A stretch of 64,000 nt of DNA, from the NCBI RefSeq assembly GCF_046119375.1, contig NW_027362769.1:367660001-367724000 (forward strand), given 5' to 3'. The DNA is from Phyllobates terribilis (lineage: Eukaryota). Position 1 is the first letter of the stretch. Every line of letters begins with the position of its first letter. The notes below the pieces were generated by a model, which was not told where the DNA came from, did no database searches, and was given only the letters and a program-made list of their open reading frames with translations. The position numbers and the translations under genes were made by a program. Of this stretch, positions 43,181 to 56,299 are shown piece after piece.

Positions 43181-44559
43181 ATTCAATGGAATGGTGGTTA
43201 TGGCCTATATCTGCTGCAAGAGAGGACAACTACCACAGTTGTCTGACGTTTTCAAGATAAAAAATATATATAAAACAACTTGCGCTAGTGTATAGGGTAT
43301 GTGGCAAGAAATAACAATGAAGATGTTAAAATTGTCCAATTTTATTAAATACGTAGGTTACAAGAAGTTAAAAATCATTATTTTAAAAGTTGGCTAGTAG
43401 GCTAAAAGCAATGGGAGGAGGGAAGATAGTCATGATGGGAGCCCTAGAAGTTTTTCCTGGTTGAGAGGCAGTTATGAGCTTCCTGGAGGGTCTTTTGATG
43501 ACCAGGTCAGAGGGTCCCCCTCATATGGAGAAAAAGAAGGGAAATGTTTAGTGACAAGTTTTAGAGGTTGCCTTCTTATATTATTGAGATATCTAGTTAC
43601 CTGATCTGAGGTGTAGGAGGGTTTTGGGGAAGGGGTCCGGTCAGGTGTGGGTTATCCACGTTCCAGTTAAACTGCAAGGGAATGAGAGTCGATTTTCCTT
43701 CAGTCACGGGAGGTCTTAGTTGCCTAGGGGAGGGGGAAGAAAAACGGGTTTTTGTACCTGTGTTGGTCGATTGTAGTTAGAAGGTTTGGATGCAGAGAAG
43801 GGGGGGCTTCCACTTGTGGAGTGAAGGCGATCACCTATATTTAGTGACAAAGGGAGTGGGAAAAAAGATTAATAGGAAATGGTGGTATTTTATAATGAGT
43901 ACTGCTACAGAGCAGTGGTGGAATATACCTGTACAGGTCGAGTCACTTATTTGTTGCTGACTGGTGCTGTTTAGGAGGAGACCCACATTTAGTGGGTGCA
44001 AGGTGCTAAACACTGGTGGGTGTATTCGTGGACCCAGAGGAAGTTTAAGCAAATGGGTTCCTTGCTGGAGTGGAGCGAGGTAGAATTCCTGCAGCACTAG
44101 TAGCGGGTGGCTTGTCTTGGTTTTATAGAAGTAGGGGCAGTCCCCTGACCGCTGTTGCTTTAAATCCTTGCGTGGGTCAGAGAAAAGAAAATCACAGATT
44201 AATCACAGCGTGCACAGAACAGCCCAGGGAGCTGCATGTATTACAGCAAGTTGGCACAATGACTTACAGTTCATTTGCACTCTTCTTGTCAGTTGTGGAC
44301 ATCCAATGTCAGTGGACCTGTGTGGCTGCCGGTCCGTGTGGCAGAAGAAGCTTCCTCCGCTGTATGTATTTTCTTTGCTGTTTTTGTGTCGGACTGCCCT
44401 TCAGCAATAGTTGGTGCTTCCAGAATCATTCATACATTTGCTTTCCTAATCCTCACAGATCCAAGTACTGTCCTTTCCGCTACATTATCATACGTACTGC
44501 TCATCCTAACCTATGACTATCCTCAACAAATTCTCTCCTAATGTTAAGACGGCTCCTGC

Positions 44560-45430
44560 TTCTGCTACAGATCTTGACATGGAGTATGAGGTCAACCACA
44601 TTCTGGGCTATAAGGTTCATGGAAATCTTTTCTACTTGATAGACTGGATACGGTCCTGAAAAGAGATCGTGGGTTAAAAAAAAAAATGATATTAATGTTC
44701 GTAGTAAATTTCATGCCAAGCATTTCTTGTTACAGACGCTTCTGGGAGGGATTTTAAAAGGGGGTGGCACTATTACCTGCCTCATCTCCAGCGCTGGGCC
44801 TTGATCCTTTCTCTTATTGCTGGTTCCCTCTGTACTAGTCCATGTCAGGTTACTCTGGTAAACCAGCAAACATCGATGAGGTCACCCATTTGTGCCTGAG
44901 ATTTTAAAAATCACACTACCACCTGTGTCAGGAGTTTGTGTTTTCTTCCACTCCGTTCAGCTCCAGCCAGGTGTTTTTTCTGCTACTACTTACTTCTATT
45001 CTGCGAACGGTATTTATTTTCAAGCTCAGTCCAGCTTATCTTGGTATTGTTCACACCTATCATTCTGCAATCAAGACTGCAGATTACTAATGTCTCACAA
45101 CTGTTCTTGTTATTTTTCTCTACTTAGTCTCTGCTATCAAGGTAATTCATCTCTGTAAACAAGGTACCAGTTTGCCAACACAGACTCTCTCTTAGTGTGT
45201 ACCGAATCTCATTAAGCAAGTTACTAAATTGCCAATACATCTCTCCTATTCTGAGGTTGACTATATCCCTTCTGTAAGTTCTGGAGAGCATGTGCTTCGT
45301 TATTGCTCCTGTGTGAGTGCCGTCCGGCAGCATCTGGCGCTTCCATTTTTGCATATCCTGTTCCCCGATTTAGGTACTGGCCTTTCTGCTGAATCATCAC
45401 CTTTGGTCTATGCCGTTTCCCTAGACCTAC
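44560..45430 (+). mobile_element. Chromoviral Gypsy 3' end: chromodomain remnant, PPT and LTR
   Basis: EYEVNHILGYKVHGNLFYLIDW at ~44580-44650, then aaaagggggtggcac (PPT) at ~44756-44770, then LTR-like sequence. Confidence 0.72.
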
Positions 45431-48400
45431 TCTCACAAAATCCACCTCAGCAGGTGAGCCCATAACATAAATGCATGCAGCTAAGACTTGTATAAGGCGC
45501 CAGTCCCATGGTTGTGTTGGGGACCATGCCAGCTTACAGCCTATTGGTCATACCCATACTATTAAATCAAGCCGGCTCCTCTGCACTATGTAAGTGCAGC
45601 CCACCAATATTACAAGGCCTGGCTCAATCCTGCAAAGATGAAAAATAAATGAGGTACTGGCTAATACTTTGGCCAAAATACACAAGCTCACAACCTGCCT
45701 CATGGGTCCTCATCATCTTGCAAGTCCCTGCACTAAAATAAAAAGTAATTCACTGGAAAGGACATTAACCCTTTCAAGTACTTGGACATAACTGTACATG
45801 CACTTGTGGAGGTGGCTCAGGAGCAGAGTTCCCTCCACATGCGGCTGTTACCAGCTATACTAAATAAACGTCATCTACCAGCTCACCATCTACATGCCGC
45901 CATCAGTCACTGACCGCAGCATTTAAATGACTTCAAAGCCGATGCGGGCACGCTGGCTCCCACCACAGCTCTGTTGGGAAAATGATGGGCATCAATGGGT
46001 AACTATGAATGCTGGGGTCAGCTAAGTGCTCCCATCACCATCATCTTGGTCCTCCAGCAATATGCAGAGATTCAAGAGACAGATTTTCACTTTATACTGC
46101 AATAGTACAGGATAAGCGATCAGATGGTTGCAGGGTCATGTCCCCTATGGGAACTTAAAGTTAAAAAAAAAAAGCTTTAAAATATATAAAAGTATACAAA
46201 ACTTGAACCACCCCACTTTTCACTCATTAAAAAGAAATATATATGTGTTAAAGGAATTGCAATTTTTGAGGATAATAAAGTGGAATATGTCATATGTTGG
46301 CGCTATATAAAGATTATTATTTTGCCTCCACTTACCCCACAAAAAACAAACCCTCATACACCTGCACGGTCACGACTCCTCAGTATTCCCAGTGTGAGCG
46401 GGCAGGCACGTACATGTATTGGATTTACAAACCTGCAGTCACGTGCCGACTGGTCTCATCCGGCTTCTTACCATTCACTTCTTCTATTAAGAGTAGCCAT
46501 ATGCAGATGGAGTGGCTGCGGTTTTGTCCCAAGCCTGGACAGCCCCTATAAGAGTGCAGTGGCTCGGTGGGCAGGAATTAAGGCCAGCAAGTATTGTGCA
46601 TAGGTTCCAATATCTGCACCCCAAGTCCTCTGCGCCATCAGCTGCTCTTGGAGATTCAAATGGATAAGGGGCTTATAGCATTAATTAGGACAAGGCAGAC
46701 CACAACTCTACAGAGGTAACTTCTGCTTTGTGTTTTGCAAATAATGGATGTCTCAGCGGCCAAATCATCAGCAAATCAAAATTTATGGCGTCAGAATTTA
46801 AAAAAAAAAAAAAAAAAAAAAATATGAGTCACACTGTAAACCATTGCTGCACATACATTGCCGCCGCCTCCGTGCAAAAGTATCCAGCAGGCGATAAGTA
46901 ATAAAGTGCTGCCCCCTAGTGACTACTCTGCTGTATAAAAGCGTGCTCTTCCTGCCCTTATCTGCCACAAGTTAAAAACTGCTCTTGGTGCAGATGACAA
47001 GAGTAATGTGTCTATGAACTGCCCTGAATCTTGGGCTCTGTAACAAGCTAGATACTCTTCTTGAATGTGCTATTACTGTTCAGCTTTCTGCCAGCATTAT
47101 AGTTGCTGGGATTTCCTTTCACCACTTCTCTTTCCAACATTTTTCAATCCTTGTCCAATTACTTGCCTGCCTTGAACTGAACGCCCAATTCTGTTCTGCC
47201 TGTATGCAGTTTGACAAGCAGAGAAAAATAAACTCTCCCCTTTCTTCTAGAATTAGAGACCAGTCCCCAATCCCTGTAATTCATTGCAGCATTTTTGCTG
47301 CTAGAGCTGGATTACACATGTCTAGAGATGAGTGAACCCAAACTTAAGTTCTGGGTGCGTACTGGACACTAAGTGTCTGGTGCTAAACTCTGAACACGGA
47401 CGTCTCCCGGAAGTCCGTTTTAATGTTCGGAGATTAGAGATGGAAAAAACTCTCTCTAGGTCCAAAATTCGGGTCTCCATTGTTTTCCACGAGGTTTGGG
47501 TAAAATTCTAGTTCCCGAACCAAACTTTGGACTAAAGTTCAGGTCAGGAACCAGAACCTGAACTTTCACAGGTCTACTCATCCCTACACATGACAAGACT
47601 CAGTTGACAGCAAGCTGGACAGTAGAGAGACACCTAGGCCCCAGAATTCTGGAATAAAAGTGCCTTTAAAATGTTCTGCGTAACACAAAGTTGTGCAAAA
47701 ATTTACCGACTTGGCATTTTCACATCCACTGTGGCCAGATCCGCCAAAGTGGGGAGGATTTGGGTGGGACGGGGCATGATAAGCCCACCCAACAAATTCA
47801 TTAAATGTTGTGGTGTACTGTACTCCAGAAATGTGAGCACATCAGTGACAAGATCGGCCTTATTAAGACTGGTGTACGAGACGCCATTCTTAGTAAAATC
47901 AAGCCCCCTCATGTCAGGGGCTTTTAAGTGATTTTTTTTCAGGCGCAAGATAACAATGTTACAAATAATTCTGCAAGTCTCTATCAAATAAGATCAAAAT
48001 TGTCTGAGTGTACAGGGACCATTTAACTAGAATATCATTAGCAATCCACAATCATAGATTTTAGCATCATCCCATAAAATTAAATTTTCCTTTAACCAAT
48101 CCAGTAATTTTCTAACGTTCAATCAGTGTCCAGCAGATGGCGGCGGCAGTTCTCCCGTATATCCATCATTACCCTGACATTACTAATATCATCTACCAGT
48201 GAGATAAGGAATGAAGTCTCCACAACATAAATTGTCCGTTTAATCCACAGCTTTTTTTTCAGTTTACAGATATGGAACAGACATAAAAAAATGCAATACT
48301 ACAAAACAAAAAATAAAACATCGAATGTAAAAATGTCAACTGTACAGGTTGTACCTTCAGATATATTCTCCATCTGAAGGTTGGGACAAAACACAACTGG

Positions 48401-48523
48401 GAATATTAAACAGCTCCTGGCTACACCACATTGCACCCCATCGGGAACATTGGGGGATCCCTGTAAGTCACCATTGCATCATCATCTTTATCCTAAAATC
48501 ATTACATTAAGGTCGTTCGATCC

Positions 48524-48529
48524 TTTATT
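48524..48529 (-). terminator. Candidate RNPS1 polyadenylation signal (AATAAA on - strand)
   Basis: tttatt on the + strand, ~1.08 kb beyond the stop codon. Confidence 0.4.
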
Positions 48530-49604
48530 AGGGCAAAATAACTGAAAGATGAAAACATGGCCGCCGGGTAAGGTCAGACATGCATTATATCAGCTGGTAC
48601 AGTATGACCATGACACTAAAGGCAGGTAGTGACCCGAATATTGCATCACATAAAGCTGCATCTACAAGAAATGCAAAGAGGGTCATTTATAGAATCCCTC
48701 GATGGTTACGGGTTGGGGTCCAGAAATCTGGTTATCCGGAGCTCCACATGAAGGTCGCCAAAGACTGGAAACTTCTACAAGTATCTCTTTATAGCAGGAT
48801 GAGTTTTGTTATCCTGACACTGCTCAAAATTCCCTGTAAAAATTGAAATACTACACACAAAAAAAAAAATTTCTTGCAGCCTGCAGCTACCACTAGAGGG
48901 AGCCCACCGCATACTGTTATTATTGAAGTCAATGTATAGATATGATCAGGAAAGGCTCCCTCTAGTGGTGGCTGTAGACTGTCACAGTTTTATCATTCAA
49001 CTCTGCAGAAAAAAAAAAAAGATAAAATCACTAAACCCAAGTAAAACAAGTTGCGTAGTTAAAGGGGTCCTTTTCTATAACAGGGTATAACTTTCTAACA
49101 GACTGCAATGCTTTTGCAGAGTCCGGTGGTTTGTGGGAAGAGGTGGAGAGGTGTATAACTATTACCTGAACAAAGTCATAACTCATCCAAAACCCATTAT
49201 AAGGCGGCACCCCGCTTACACAGGGTGCTCCTGTTGGGACAGGCTCCTGAAAAGTGATACAACCTTCTAAGTAGGGCCGGTATACCCCAATTAGGCTCAT
49301 GCACCTATGGCGGATATTGGGAAGTCAAGTGGAGGGGGAGGATTACTTTTTTTTTTTTTTTTTTTAAATGAAAGGCATTAAAATATTGAATGATAAACTC
49401 AGGCAACTGTTCATTCTTACAATATGGTGACACTCTGCAACAAGTCCTTCATCACCATATTTTACAAGATGGCCACTACGGTCCGGCTACAGCCGTGGCG
49501 TCCCGTACAACAGTCCTCGATGTGGCTGTCAATAATCATGGTCAGCTTCTTTGTGTGTGGTGGCCTGGTGGACAGGGTGTTGTGACAGAGGGAAGATGGA
49601 GATT

Positions 49605-49704
49605 TCACCGTGATGAATTGGAGCTGGAGCGGCTGCGATGACGGCGGCGTGCAGGGGACCGAGAGCGTCGCCGGACAGGGGAGCGTCGGCGAGGGGAACG
49701 GGAC
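49605..49704 (-). CDS. RNPS1: RNPS1 last coding exon, 100 bp, stop TGA
   Basis: (R)SRSPRRRSPVRRRSRSPARRRHRSRSSSNSSR*. Acceptor cag at 49705-49707. Confidence 0.96.
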
Positions 49705-50873
49705 CTGCGGACGGAACAGAGTGTTACCTGCTACATAGAAGGAAAAAAATACAAAATCTAAAAGGGGCTGTATGAAAGAAAAAAAAGGGTGCCCATGTCT
49801 GCAGAAACAGCGCCCCTCTTTTTCATTTGCCGCGTCCAGTATTACATCTCTGCTCTGATTTAAAGGGCTTTTACAGGTTTATTATTTTTTATTCCAAAAG
49901 TAGGAAAATGAGGCCAATTACTCCCTGCCAGTCCAGTGCATAAAATAAATAAAAATATATTATATTAAGATAGATAGATAGATAGAAGTGGCAGGGGTAA
50001 ACAATGCTCAATTATTTTTTTAATAGTTCAAGTCTGTAGAGAAAAAAAACCAAGAAACTTAGAGAACCTTAAGGCTTGAGCTACACCCCGACTGACATGA
50101 TGACATGCCCCTGCTTCAAAGTGAATGAGATCAGCGAGCTTGCATGTCGTTGTATCTTGAGGGTCTACATGCAGCCCCATTCACTTGCTGCGGTGTAGCA
50201 AGGGCACATCACGATCTTTGTACAATGCGTGTCGCGCAAGAGTTGCAATACCAGACACAACCAATGGACCAAAGTGGCGCTGTTTTGGTGGAGTGGGAGT
50301 TAAGGGGACGGAGCGACACTTTTTTTTTCTAGTTTCATGCAACCCCCTGTGTAGGAGTTTTGGTGACTTCAGCAAAGATTTGACATCAGCTCCCAATAAC
50401 AATAGGACAGAGCGGTCAACCTTCAAGGGGATCGTCCAAGGAGGAGCTTGTTAAGGGAACTCTTCAGGCAAGTGTGACAGTGCTGTGCCTAAAGCAAGGC
50501 TTGAAGGAGCGGGACATGACAAAGACTCTTTTAGTGTCATATCCCATTCTTAAGACCCCCAGCCACAACATTATGACTTTTGCCAGGAGTGTTTCATTAG
50601 AGGAAAATGTCAGTGTGGGGTAAAGACCATGTTGTACAGAAATTAGAAGACACCAGATAACCAGTCCTATCACACAAAACGTAACAGTATAGGACAGGGA
50701 GGCGCAAGCAGCTGATACAGCCAGTGGTTAGGCAAAGCTGAAAGCGGCATTGGTGTGTGAGAGAATCCCTAAAAGTCATTAGATCGACTCCTGAAGTCAT
50801 GGAGGTTAACAGGGAAAAAAGATGGAAAGAGAAACCTCAGACAGGAGAGTGCAGGTAACAGAATATGCACTAC

Positions 50874-51018
50874 CTCCTCCTCATACGCGGGGGAGAGCGA
50901 CGCCACATAGGGGGAGGGGGCAACATCCGACGTGGCGGGCTGAACCTTCGAGGCACCACCCGCATGGGCCGTGGGGTAAGTACTGCAGAAGCCGTGATCT
51001 CCTGGCCGTCAATCTGTC
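50874..51018 (-). CDS. RNPS1: RNPS1 exon, 145 bp (end of RRM plus RS/P region)
   Basis: GQIDGQEITASAVLTPRPMRVVPRRFSPPRRMLPPPPMWRRSPPRMRRR. Boundaries cag/gtagtg. Confidence 0.95.
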
Positions 51019-51191
51019 CTGAAAGTGACAAAATAACAGGTTAAGTCAATCCCTGGTGAACAGCTGTTGGCATCACCATGAACACAAGGCACAAACACCA
51101 TCACATTGGTAGCTCTCCATACTGCCGCTTACCTACAGACCATCAGGTCTTCCTAGGACAGAGACGCTATGCTATGGATATTGCCTAGAAT

Positions 51192-51912
51192 ATACACTGT
51201 ATGGACAAAAGTGTGTGCCCCCTCCACATTACACCTCCAGGACATTTTCTGACCTCCTACTCTCCACCCATAGACATTAATATGGAGTCGGCCCCTCTGC
51301 AGATATAACGGCTCCCGCTCTTCTGGGAAGGATTTCTACAAGATTTTGGAGGAATATGTGGGAATTTTTGCCCCTTCACCCAGAAGGTCTGACACTGATA
51401 CTGGGGAGAGGCTGGGATCACAATCTCTGCTCTAGTTGAAATCAAAAGATGTTGGATGGTTTTGAGGTCCGGGCTCTGTGCAGCTGCTCATGTTCTCCCC
51501 TCTCCATGTCTGTATGAACCTTGTGCACAGTGATGGGGAACAGAAAAGGCGAACCCCAAACTGTTCCCACAAAGCTGGAAGCTACAATTCTCCACAATGT
51601 CTTGTGCTGAAGTATTAAGATTTCCCTTCACTGGCACTAAGGGGTCGAGGCTGACCCCTGATAACAGCCCATAGTATTATCCTCCTCCACCATCTGTACA
51701 GGGGGCAACGTCCTCCTGGAATCACCAAACCCAGACTCCTCCATCAGACGCAGATAAAGAAGTGTGATCCGTCACTGCACAGAACACGTCTCCTCCAGAG
51801 TCCAGTGGTGATGGGACAGGGCCAGAAGTTATACATCAGGGACAATGGGGCTGAATGAAAATCCTGAATTCATGAATTAAGATGCGTGCCCAGTACTTCT
51901 GTCCTATATTAT
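51192..51912 (-). mobile_element. Decayed Tc1-like element in an RNPS1 intron
   Basis: Imperfect TIRs cactgtatggacaaaagtgtgtg / gtgcccagtacttctgtcctatatt. Transposase-like remnants inside. Confidence 0.65.
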
Positions 51913-51940
51913 AATATATCTCAATCACATCCCCCATTAC

Positions 51941-52094
51941 CTCCATCCATGTGTTTCAAAGCTTTCTCAGCTTCATCTGAACCTTCAAATTCCACATATG
52001 CATAGCCCTTGTTGAGATGTGGGTGTGAATGGTTTATGGGCATGTCAATCATCTTAATCTTCCCATAGGTGGAAAAGATCTCCAGTATGTGGTC
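51941..52094 (-). CDS. RNPS1: RNPS1 exon, 154 bp (RRM core)
   Basis: DHILEIFSTYGKIKMIDMPINHSHPHLNKGYAYVEFEGSDEAEKALKHMDG. Boundaries tag/gtaatg. Confidence 0.96.
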
Positions 52095-52662
52095 CTAGGA
52101 GGACAAAATGTAGAAGATTAGAGGTATAATTCAGGTGTGCTGGCTGGCGCGACCTGCTAGCACTGAGACCTTAGCCAAATTTGCTATAAAGCAGCACCAG
52201 ATAACTAGAAGAGTCTCTGTCAGGGGAGAGGCAGTGCTGATGTGCCATCCATTGCAGGCCTGCCATGTATCCTGTACCTTTTCTACTAAGCAGAATATGA
52301 CACATGAGTGACACATGCTGAACCTCTGTATTCACTAACCCTAAACATTAAATCTACCCTGCAATCCAAAACCCTGAACCTCACCGCACCACCCTTCCGA
52401 AAAGCTGACAACCTGCAACAACAAATGAGTAAGCAGCTTCTTCCCCATCAGTCCATGTTCTCCATGACGGGTCCGCTCTCCTTCTGCAGCATCTACCGAT
52501 TACTGCACCTGCTTTTTCTAGCACTTTTCCATCTATTTCCCATGTAAGCTCTTTGGGCTTAACAACAAACAGAGGGGCCGGGTCACCATGTGGCGGCACA
52601 ACCTGCTGCTGTCCAAGCAGAGATTCGGACTGTGAATGTGAGAAACCATAAAGTTAGCCAAC

Positions 52663-52765
52663 CTTTGTAACGTTCCTGGTCAGCCTCCCAATGTGCACTT
52701 TGGTGGGCTTTGGACTTGGACTTCTCCTCTTTCTCTCTTTTTCATCACGTTTCGGCTGTTTTGAT
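52663..52765 (-). CDS. RNPS1: RNPS1 exon, 103 bp (RRM start)
   Basis: SKQPKRDEKERKRRSPSPKPTKVHIGRLTRNVTK. Boundaries cag/gttggc. Confidence 0.96.
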
Positions 52766-53165
52766 CTGTTATCAGAAAAATTAAAAAAGTTACAAATGTA
52801 GGTTCAATAACTGCTGCATGTTTGTTTTTTGCACCAACGTGCCCACGACAACACTTGTAGCTCAATCTTGTGTCAGTGAAGTGTATAGTCCTCTAAATCC
52901 ACACAATGACCGTACTGCAGACCACAGGGCCCCTTGACAAAACTTCTTGTTTTGCAACTGAATGAATCCAATTCACATTCTGCATCAAAATCTACATACA
53001 AACCAGTATAACTAGTAGAACAATTATCAAACACAAAATCATGGTCCAACCATGACCCAGACGATCAAGTGTTGTCATGGGAACATTATGCATGAAAGAT
53101 TTGGGCAGAAAGGGAGCAGAAAATATGTCTTGAAGCAAAACCAAACAATATTCGCCCCATCTTAC

Positions 53166-53360
53166 TTGGAGCGGGAGCGCCGTCGATTATCATGGCGACG
53201 CCGGGAAGGACTTGGTGAACCGGAGGAGCTGCTGGAGCTGGAGCTTCGGGATGAGCTGGAGCTGCCTGACCGACTTGACGCGGAGGAAGAGCTTGATCCA
53301 GAGCTGGATCCGGAGCTGGAGCCAGAGGACGAACTGGATGATGAACTTGACCGAGAACGA
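53166..53360 (-). CDS. RNPS1: RNPS1 exon, 195 bp (serine-rich domain)
   Basis: RSRSSSSSSSSSGSSSGSSSGSSSSSASSRSGSSSSSRSSSSSSSSGSPSPSRRRHDNRRRSRS. Boundaries tag/gtaaga. Confidence 0.96.
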
Positions 53361-53445
53361 CTAAAGGAAAGGAGCAGAGGACACCGGTCAGTCAGTGACC
53401 GCATCGCTGAAGCATCAGAGGATCCGACACGAAGACGAGACGTAC

Positions 53446-53601
53446 CTGCTGCTACTGCTGCCGCTGGACGCGCTGCGCCTCTTCCTAGTCTTGTCCCGTC
53501 CCCGGTCCTTTTCTCCTGCCTCCTTGTTGGGCGCCTTCTCCTTTGTTCGCTCTTTCACCCGGTCCTCAGAGCGTTCTTTACGTTTGCTAGGAGAAGGAGC
53601 C
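53446..53601 (-). CDS. RNPS1: RNPS1 exon, 156 bp
   Basis: (G) APSPSKRKERSEDRVKERTKEKAPNKEAGEKDRGRDKTRKRRSASSGSSS. Boundaries cag/gtacgt. Confidence 0.96.
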
Positions 53602-54019
53602 CTGGAAACCAAGCAAAAAAGAAGGAAATAGTACATGACTAGGTCTGAGCTCCTGGTCACTCCGCATTCATCTTGTCACTACACACTTGGCAATGAGCAG
53701 TGAACCTGACTGATTTGAGACAGGCTGGATTTTACCCCAACTGATAATCTGCTCCTAGGGAGATAAGTGTCTACAACAAGTCTTTGGCGCCGCTCATCAC
53801 AAAAAGAAGCCACAAGTATTGATGCGCACAACAAATCCCAGCAGCCATAATTCTATATGGAAGTGCTGAGACAGGCGGCACTCATCCTCTGCTCACATCT
53901 GACTGGAGCGGGTAATATCAGTTCAGTGGACGCGTCAGGCGCCAAATATCATCAGGAGCCTGAAAAAGCCCTTTAAATTAATTCAGCAGGATAAAACGTG
54001 TAAAAAAAAAAAGATCATA

Positions 54020-56258
54020 TTAACCCTTTACAAACTTTGACGTACAGACCAAAAGTTTGGACACACCTTCTCATTTAAAGATTTTCCTGTATTTTCATGA
54101 CTTTGAAAATTGTACATTCACACTGAAGGCATCAAAACTATGCATTAACACATGTGGAATTATATACTTAACAAAAAAGTGTGAAACAACTGAAAATATG
54201 TCTTATATTCTAGGTTCTTCAAAGTAGCCACCTTTTGCTTTGATGACTGCTTTGCACACTCTTGGCATTCTCTTGATGAGCTTCAAGAGGTAGTCACCGG
54301 AAAATGTTTTCACTTCACAGGTGTGCCCTGTCAGGTTTAATAAGTGGGATTTCTTGCCTTATAAATGGGGTTGGGACCATCAGTTGTATTGTGCTGAAGT
54401 CAGGTGGATACACAGCTGATAGTCCTACTGAATAGACTGTTAGAATTTGTATTATGGCAAGAAAAAAAAGCAGCTAAGTAAAGAAAAACGAGTGGCCATC
54501 ATTACTTTAAGAAATGAAGGTCAGTCAGTCCGAAAAATTGGGAAAACTTTGAAAGTGTCCCCAAGTGCAGTTGCAAAAACCACCAAGCGCTACAAAGAAA
54601 CTGGCTCACATGAGGACCGCCCCAGGAAAGGAAGACCAAGAGTCACCTCTGCTTCTGAGGATAAGTTTATCCGAGTCACCAGCCTCAGAAATCACAGGTT
54701 AACAGCAGCTCAGATTAGAGACCAGGTCAATGCCACACAGAGTTCTAGCAGCAGACACATCTCTACAACAACTGTTAAGAGGAGACTTTGTGCAGCAGGC
54801 CTTCATGGTAAAATAGCTGCTAGGAAACCACTGCTAAGGACAGGCGACAAGCAGAAGAGACTTTTGTTTGGGCTAAAGAACACAAGGAATGGACATTAGA
54901 CCAGTGGAAATCTGTGCTTTGGTCTGATGAGTCCAAATTTGAGATCTTTGGTTCCAACCACCGTGTCTTTGGGCGACGCAGAAAAGGTGAACGGATGGAC
55001 TCTACATGCCTGGTTCCCACCGTGAAGCATGGAGGAGGAGGTGTGATGGTGTGGGGGCGCTTTGCTGGTGACACTGTTGGGGATTTATTCAAAATTGAAG
55101 GCATACTGAACCAGCATGGCTACCACAGCATCTTGCAGCGGCATGGAGCTGGACCGCAGAGTGAAGGCAAAAGGGCCAACAAGTGCTAAGCATCTCTGGG
55201 AACTCCTTCAAGATTGTTGGAAGACCATTTCCGGTGACTACCTCTTGAAGCTCATCAAGAGAATGCCAAGAGTGTGCAAAGCAGTCATCAAAGCAAAAGG
55301 TGGCTACTTTGAAGAACCTAGAATATAAGACATATTTTCAGTTGTTTCACACTTTTTTGTTAAGTATATAATTCCACATGTGTTAATTCATAGTTTTGAT
55401 GCCTTCAGTGTGAATGTACAATTTTCAAAGTCATGAAAATACAGAAAAATCTTTAAATGAGAAAGTGTGTCCAAACTTTTGGTCTGTACTGTATCTATAC
55501 GTATAAGGTTATCTCCCTTCCTTTGATGCAGGCTGCAGCGCTGAGCCCAGCACATGACAGCTGATTTAATCAGCTGTCATGTGTCTATAAAACTTGCGGC
55601 TGTTAACTTTTTAAATGCTGCTATCAATCACTGCCAGCATTTAACTCGAGTGCGCCGAAAGCGTGTCATAAGACTCGCCCATCGGCGTCCCTGTCACATG
55701 AATGCGGGACACCGATGGGTTTGCATAATAGCTGGGGGTCTTCTGCAGACCCCCATGCCAGTCATTGCAGATCAATAAAAATGTCAGCTCAGCGAGCAAA
55801 AAAGTAAGCCCCAGATCCCGAAAAATGGAGACGCTACGGGTCTTGGAAAATGGCAACTTTTTTTTCCCCCTTCTTACTAACTTTGAATGTTTTTTTCACC
55901 ACTTAAATAAAAAAAAAAAAACTATACATGTTTGGGATCTGCAAACTCGCAATGACCTGGGGAAATATAATGGCAGGTCAGTATTAGCATTCAGTGAACG
56001 TGGTAAACAAAAACACATTTGTGGAATGGCACTATTTTTGCAATTCACCGCACTTGGAACTTTGTTCCCGTTTTCCAGTACACGATATGGTAAAACCAAT
56101 GGTGTCATTCAAAAGTACAACTCGTCCCGCAAAAAAAAAAAAAAAAACAAGCCCTCAAACGGCTACAGGGACCAAAAAATAAAAAAATTATGGCTCCGAG
56201 AAGAAGGGAAGCAAAAAAACGAAAAAAACAGTAAAACCCAAGGTGGTGAAGGGGTTAA
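54020..56258. mobile_element. TTAA-flanked non-autonomous element (ttaaccctt ... aggggttaa) hosting a nested Tc1
   Basis: Inverted ends with TTAA. The body resembles other ttaacccct elements in the window (e.g. ~45770 and ~61120-61665). Confidence 0.65.
54040..55491 (+). mobile_element. Tc1 element (same family as the fold-back), ~260-bp TIRs, internal deletion
   Basis: ORFs 54447-54899, 54914-55189 and 55116-55328. The left TIR is the inverse of the transposase C-terminus. A deletion joins gcggcatg to gagctggacc at ~55145. Confidence 0.93.
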
Positions 56259-56299
56259 CTCTCTTAAGACCTCTGCTTGCCGTCAGTGATAAAGTCTGA

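Noticed and set aside
46430-46620. Possible minus-strand exon ending in gtaag between IFT140 and RNPS1
   Set aside because: All three frames contain stops or lack recognisable similarity, and it overlaps a MITE-like end (ggacagcccct).
53052-53642. 196-aa + strand Glu/Leu-rich ORF
   Set aside because: It is the antisense shadow of the RNPS1 serine-rich exons, where Ser codons leave the opposite strand free of stops.
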